In this document: positions 60,932 through 64,000 of the stretch, one piece after another
How the letters are laid out: each line of letters begins with the position of its first letter
How positions within the stretch are numbered: the first letter of the stretch is position 1
From: Phormidesmis sp.
GTDB taxonomy: Bacteria > Cyanobacteriota > Cyanobacteriia > Leptolyngbyales > Leptolyngbyaceae
Direction of reading: 5' to 3'
Assembly (NCBI GenBank): GCA_965248535.1
Contig: CBDFJR010000002.1
Coordinates: 416,001-480,000 of the forward strand
Length of the DNA: 64,000 nt
The notes under the pieces: generated by a model
The model's database searches: none
Seen by the model: only the letters and a program-made list of their open reading frames with translations
What the model was told of the DNA's origin: nothing
Program-made: the position numbers and the translations under genes

Positions 60932-60967
60932 GCTGGTAAGCTAGGAAACTGACGTTAAATCCTCTTG

Positions 60968-60993
60968 AAGGCAGACCCTCGTCTGCTTTTTTT
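60968..60993 (+). terminator. Intrinsic terminator between rbp and rpsU
   Basis: AAGGCAGAC-CCTC-GTCTGCTTT followed by a T run. Confidence 0.75.
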
Positions 60994-61028
60994 GATAGAG
61001 GCTGTAGTTTATTAAATCAGGAGAAACG

Positions 61029-61211
61029 ATGACTCAAGTGATTCCTGGCGAAGACGAAAGAATTGATTCTGTGTTGCGCCGATTCAAACGCGAAGTGTCT
61101 AAAGCAGGCATCTTCCCCGATATGCGAAAGCACCGCCATTTTGAAACCCCGATCGAGAAGCGAAAGCGTAAGGCTCTGGCAAAACAGAAGCAGCGCCGCT
61201 TCCACCGCTAA
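61029..61211 (+). CDS. rpsU: 30S ribosomal protein S21
   Basis: [51 protein letters not shown]. Confidence 0.95.
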   Translation: MTQVIPGEDERIDSVLRRFKREVSKAGIFPDMRKHRHFETPIEKRKRKALAKQKQRRFHR

Positions 61212-61309
61212 CGATCGGTTCGTTCCATCAAGCCTTTTGTTAAGACTTATCACTCGATGCCAAGCTCCATAGCCTGGCATCAGTCGTTTGTAGAAGAAAA
61301 CGAGCGGAC

Positions 61310-62866
61310 TCATGGCTCAAAGGTTTTTTGCATAACGGTGAGCGGTGAGTTTTTAAGCAGCCCAGACTGGACGAATTTTTTGTAGATCGCTTCTTCGATC
61401 GAGAGCAGCTTTTTTTGGTGTTGCTGAAGATTAAACGATCGCAGGTGAGAATGCTGGTCTTGCATCGATTGAATATCGAGATGAAGCTGCTGAAGCTGCT
61501 GGCTAGCAAATTCTAGCTGCGACTGGTGCAAAGCTGGGCTGATGGTGAGTTGAGCTTTGGTTTGCGTCAAATGCTCAGAGACTTGCTGAAGGGCATCTCG
61601 ACGGGCCACCAGTTCTAAATATTGCTGTTGAAGAGACTGATCTTCGAGTAAGTTGAGCCTTTCTAAGAGTAGCTTTGTGGTCAACCCCTGCACCAAGAGT
61701 GTGAACCAGACGACCCCAAACGAGTTGGCGATAATTTCGTCACGACCCGTCAAAATCACAGGCAGACTGAGGGCTAAGGAGATCGAGACCGATCCGCGCA
61801 GCCCCGTCCACCACAAAACGGTCTGCTCTCGCCAGGGAATTTCTGTTTTAGCTAGCCAGTTGCTCAGGGCGCTAAACCCATAGATGGTGATGGCTCGTGA
61901 GCCGACGATCGCCAAAATCGCAATTAGGGTCGTCCCGATATTTTCAATCAGTCTTGCTAGCCAAATCTGATCGCCTAGCAGCAAAAACAGGATTGAGTTG
62001 ACAAAAAACACGATGAATTCCCAGAACTCAACCATCGTCGATCGCTTGAGCGGGCTGACTCCAGCCTGAGCGCTGAAATTTCCGATCACTAGCCCGGCTG
62101 TGACTACTCCAATCACGCCAGAGCCGCCTAATTCTTCTACGAGCAGATAAGTGCCGTAGGCTGTGACCAGAGTCAAAGATTGCTCGACCCAGCCTAGATC
62201 ATGGCGCTGGGTCAAAAAGGCAACGCACACCCCAATCAGTCCGCCTATGCCTAGCCCAATGCCTGTAACCACCAAGAACCGTAATACCGTGGTCGAAAGC
62301 TGAAAGGGCTGGGCGTTGATTGAGAACTCGACTAAGACTCCAAAGGCGACGATCGCCGCTCCATCGTTGAACAGGCTTTCTCCTTCAAGCAGGGTGGTAA
62401 GTCGTTTGCCCGTGCCCAATTCTCGAAATAAGCCAATCACGGAGGCAGAATCCGTTGCCGACAGACAGGCACCCACGAGCAGCGCCGTCATCCAGCTAAT
62501 GTGCATAAACTGGTGCAGGGCCCACCCGACGGTGGCGATCGAGAGCATGACTCCGCCCACGGCAAAGAGCGTGCTGGGCAAGATTTCTTGTCTCAGTTCT
62601 GACCATTTCATGTTCCAGGCTGCCTCAAACAGCAGGGGAGGCAAAAAAACCATCAAAATCATGCCGGGTGACAGATGAAGCAGCCGCACATCAACGAGGG
62701 CTAACCCCAAACCCACCATCACCAGCAGCAGCGTGTAGGGAACTTGACGTAGGGGCGAAAAAATTTTAGGCAAGCTGGCGGCGCTCAGAGCGATCAATAG
62801 AATGATCAAAAACTGTTTGAGATCATTCTCGATCGCCACATCAGCAGCACTGGTTAAAAGACTCAT
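61310..62866 (-). CDS. Na+/H+ antiporter, CPA1 (NhaP/NhaS-like)
   Basis: VFLPPLLFEAAW, LSATD, LEGESLFNDG, GLRGSVSISLAL, TLLVQGLT. Confidence 0.92.
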   Translation of the reverse strand: MSLLTSAADVAIENDLKQFLIILLIALSAASLPKIFSPLRQVPYTLLLVMVGLGLALVDVRLLHLSPGMILMVFLPPLLFEAAWNMKWSELRQEILPSTLFAVGGVMLSIATVGWALHQFMHISWMTALLVGACLSATDSASVIGLFRELGTGKRLTTLLEGESLFNDGAAIVAFGVLVEFSINAQPFQLSTTVLRFLVVTGIGLGIGGLIGVCVAFLTQRHDLGWVEQSLTLVTAYGTYLLVEELGGSGVIGVVTAGLVIGNFSAQAGVSPLKRSTMVEFWEFIVFFVNSILFLLLGDQIWLARLIENIGTTLIAILAIVGSRAITIYGFSALSNWLAKTEIPWREQTVLWWTGLRGSVSISLALSLPVILTGRDEIIANSFGVVWFTLLVQGLTTKLLLERLNLLEDQSLQQQYLELVARRDALQQVSEHLTQTKAQLTISPALHQSQLEFASQQLQQLHLDIQSMQDQHSHLRSFNLQQHQKKLLSIEEAIYKKFVQSGLLKNSPLTVMQKTFEP

Positions 62867-62947
62867 AGAAGACGTTGACTACTTTCAGCGTCTCTACCTT
62901 GACGGATGCTCTCAGAATAAAACTGCCTTGTCTAATACATTTCAGTC

Positions 62948-63184
62948 TCATCGGGTCACAAGTCGAATCGTGTTTTGAAATAAGTGGCTAATTTCATACC
63001 ACACCTGTCTAGGGCTGATGTCAAAGCCAAAGTGCAGCACCAGCACGATCGCGATCGCGGTCAAAATCAGCCCTGACCCAACGTTGAGGACTCGCAGCAG
63101 TAATTTGAACAGCAAAACTGATAGCGCGATCGCGGCAATGGTGACGACGGTCTGTGAGTCTAATACGTCAAACAAAGAATCCAT
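62948..63184 (-). CDS. Small two-TM membrane protein
   Basis: 78 aa, two hydrophobic segments, AGGAGG RBS. Confidence 0.65.
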   Translation of the reverse strand: MDSLFDVLDSQTVVTIAAIALSVLLFKLLLRVLNVGSGLILTAIAIVLVLHFGFDISPRQVWYEISHLFQNTIRLVTR

Positions 63185-63206
63185 AACTATCCTCCTTCTG
63201 CATTAA

Positions 63207-63887
63207 TTAAGGCCTATGAAACTGATTAAACACGGTCACCATCACTCCGAATGCAGCTACAACGATTGAGAGACCCAACAGATCAGACTTCAGTGACGTG
63301 ATGCGATAAGCGGGTCGTAGCCAAAAGCTCAGGAATCGAGCTATGAACGGCATGACGATAACGGATAGGATTGAAGACGTAATCAAATTGTTTAACAGCA
63401 TTGAGCTTGCTGGCGGCCATGATTTGAAAATACCTAACGAGGTGAATAGGAATGACTGAATCATCACGGTAGGATATAGCCCTAACACCACAGATAAGAT
63501 TTGCTTCCAAACAGGAGGGCCTAATCCCTTTTGCTCTGAGCCAGCATGACGAGAAAACCAACCCTCTAACCCCGTCGTAAATGACTTAAATCGATAAGCT
63601 TGAAAGATTTCTTGACCAGATTCTAATAAGTGCTGGCGATCGCTCGACTCGACCCAGGCATTTAAATGTTCGGGCGAGTCAAAATGAGTGATTGAATACC
63701 ACTTGACTACGGGATCTTTGCATCTTAGAGGCGGACAGAGATCTGAGCGCACAAAGCCCTCAAACCGTTGAGCAGCTTGGATAAACTTGGTATGCCACAT
63801 CTTAAACGCAAAATCTTTGCCCTTGGGGACAATGTGCTCAACCACAAGGCTCGTGTAAAAAATCTGATCCGCTTGAGAGTTTGGCAT
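63207..63887 (-). CDS. Antibiotic-biosynthesis-monooxygenase-like domain fused to a membrane domain
   Basis: [57 protein letters not shown] at 63887 preferred. Confidence 0.7.
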   Translation of the reverse strand: MPNSQADQIFYTSLVVEHIVPKGKDFAFKMWHTKFIQAAQRFEGFVRSDLCPPLRCKDPVVKWYSITHFDSPEHLNAWVESSDRQHLLESGQEIFQAYRFKSFTTGLEGWFSRHAGSEQKGLGPPVWKQILSVVLGLYPTVMIQSFLFTSLGIFKSWPPASSMLLNNLITSSILSVIVMPFIARFLSFWLRPAYRITSLKSDLLGLSIVVAAFGVMVTVFNQFHRP

Positions 63888-64000
63888 TGGGCAAATCGCT
63901 AGGCGCTCCACAGCATCTCACTAAAACGCTCTCAATTCTAAAAGGCTCCGAACCAGACTCGCATCAAAAGCTGATGACGACGTCAACGTGAAGGCTTGAT

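Larger units (their letters stand above)
1..64000. repeat. HIP1 octamer (GCGATCGC) highly iterated throughout
   Basis: Very many copies in coding and non-coding DNA; visibly sparse in the AT-rich TRD segment (~20.7-21.8 kb) and in the gene at 661-1143. Confidence 0.97.

Overview
Cyanobacterial chromosomal segment, with HIP1 GCGATCGC very frequent and a gene content typical of a filamentous, motile Leptolyngbya/Oscillatoriales-like organism. Core genes: ppc, a DUF1574/SGNH-type protein, desA, pipX-pipY-sepF-proC, a UvrD-like helicase, glgP, pstSCAB with a likely Pho box, a Cache/GAF histidine kinase, a transglutaminase, a YegS-type lipid kinase, a P-type ATPase, two hpsE-like and one GT4 glycosyltransferase, a complete Ptx/Pix-type phototaxis operon with a 5-GAF cyanobacteriochrome MCP, rbp-rpsU and a CPA1 antiporter. 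The most interesting part is a ~10 kb defence island (14.1-24.0 kb). It pairs a PLD-nuclease/SNF2-helicase fusion with a large N6-adenine methyltransferase-TRD protein carrying a C-terminal Schlafen (AlbA_2) domain, which resembles a compact DISARM-like two-gene system without drmA/drmB. Nested between these two genes, xisI and vapC are each broken by a related 25-bp twin-hairpin insert. A scrambled vapBC remnant and an orphan HEPN toxin follow. A second accessory patch (39.9-41.4 kb) holds mazF with an antitoxin and an XRE/operator/hairpin/small-ORF module. Caveat: at least five genes carry single +1 frameshifts and 22.4-23.5 kb looks like a garbled consensus, so some disruptions are probably assembly errors. 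All calls come from motif recognition by eye; no database searches were run.
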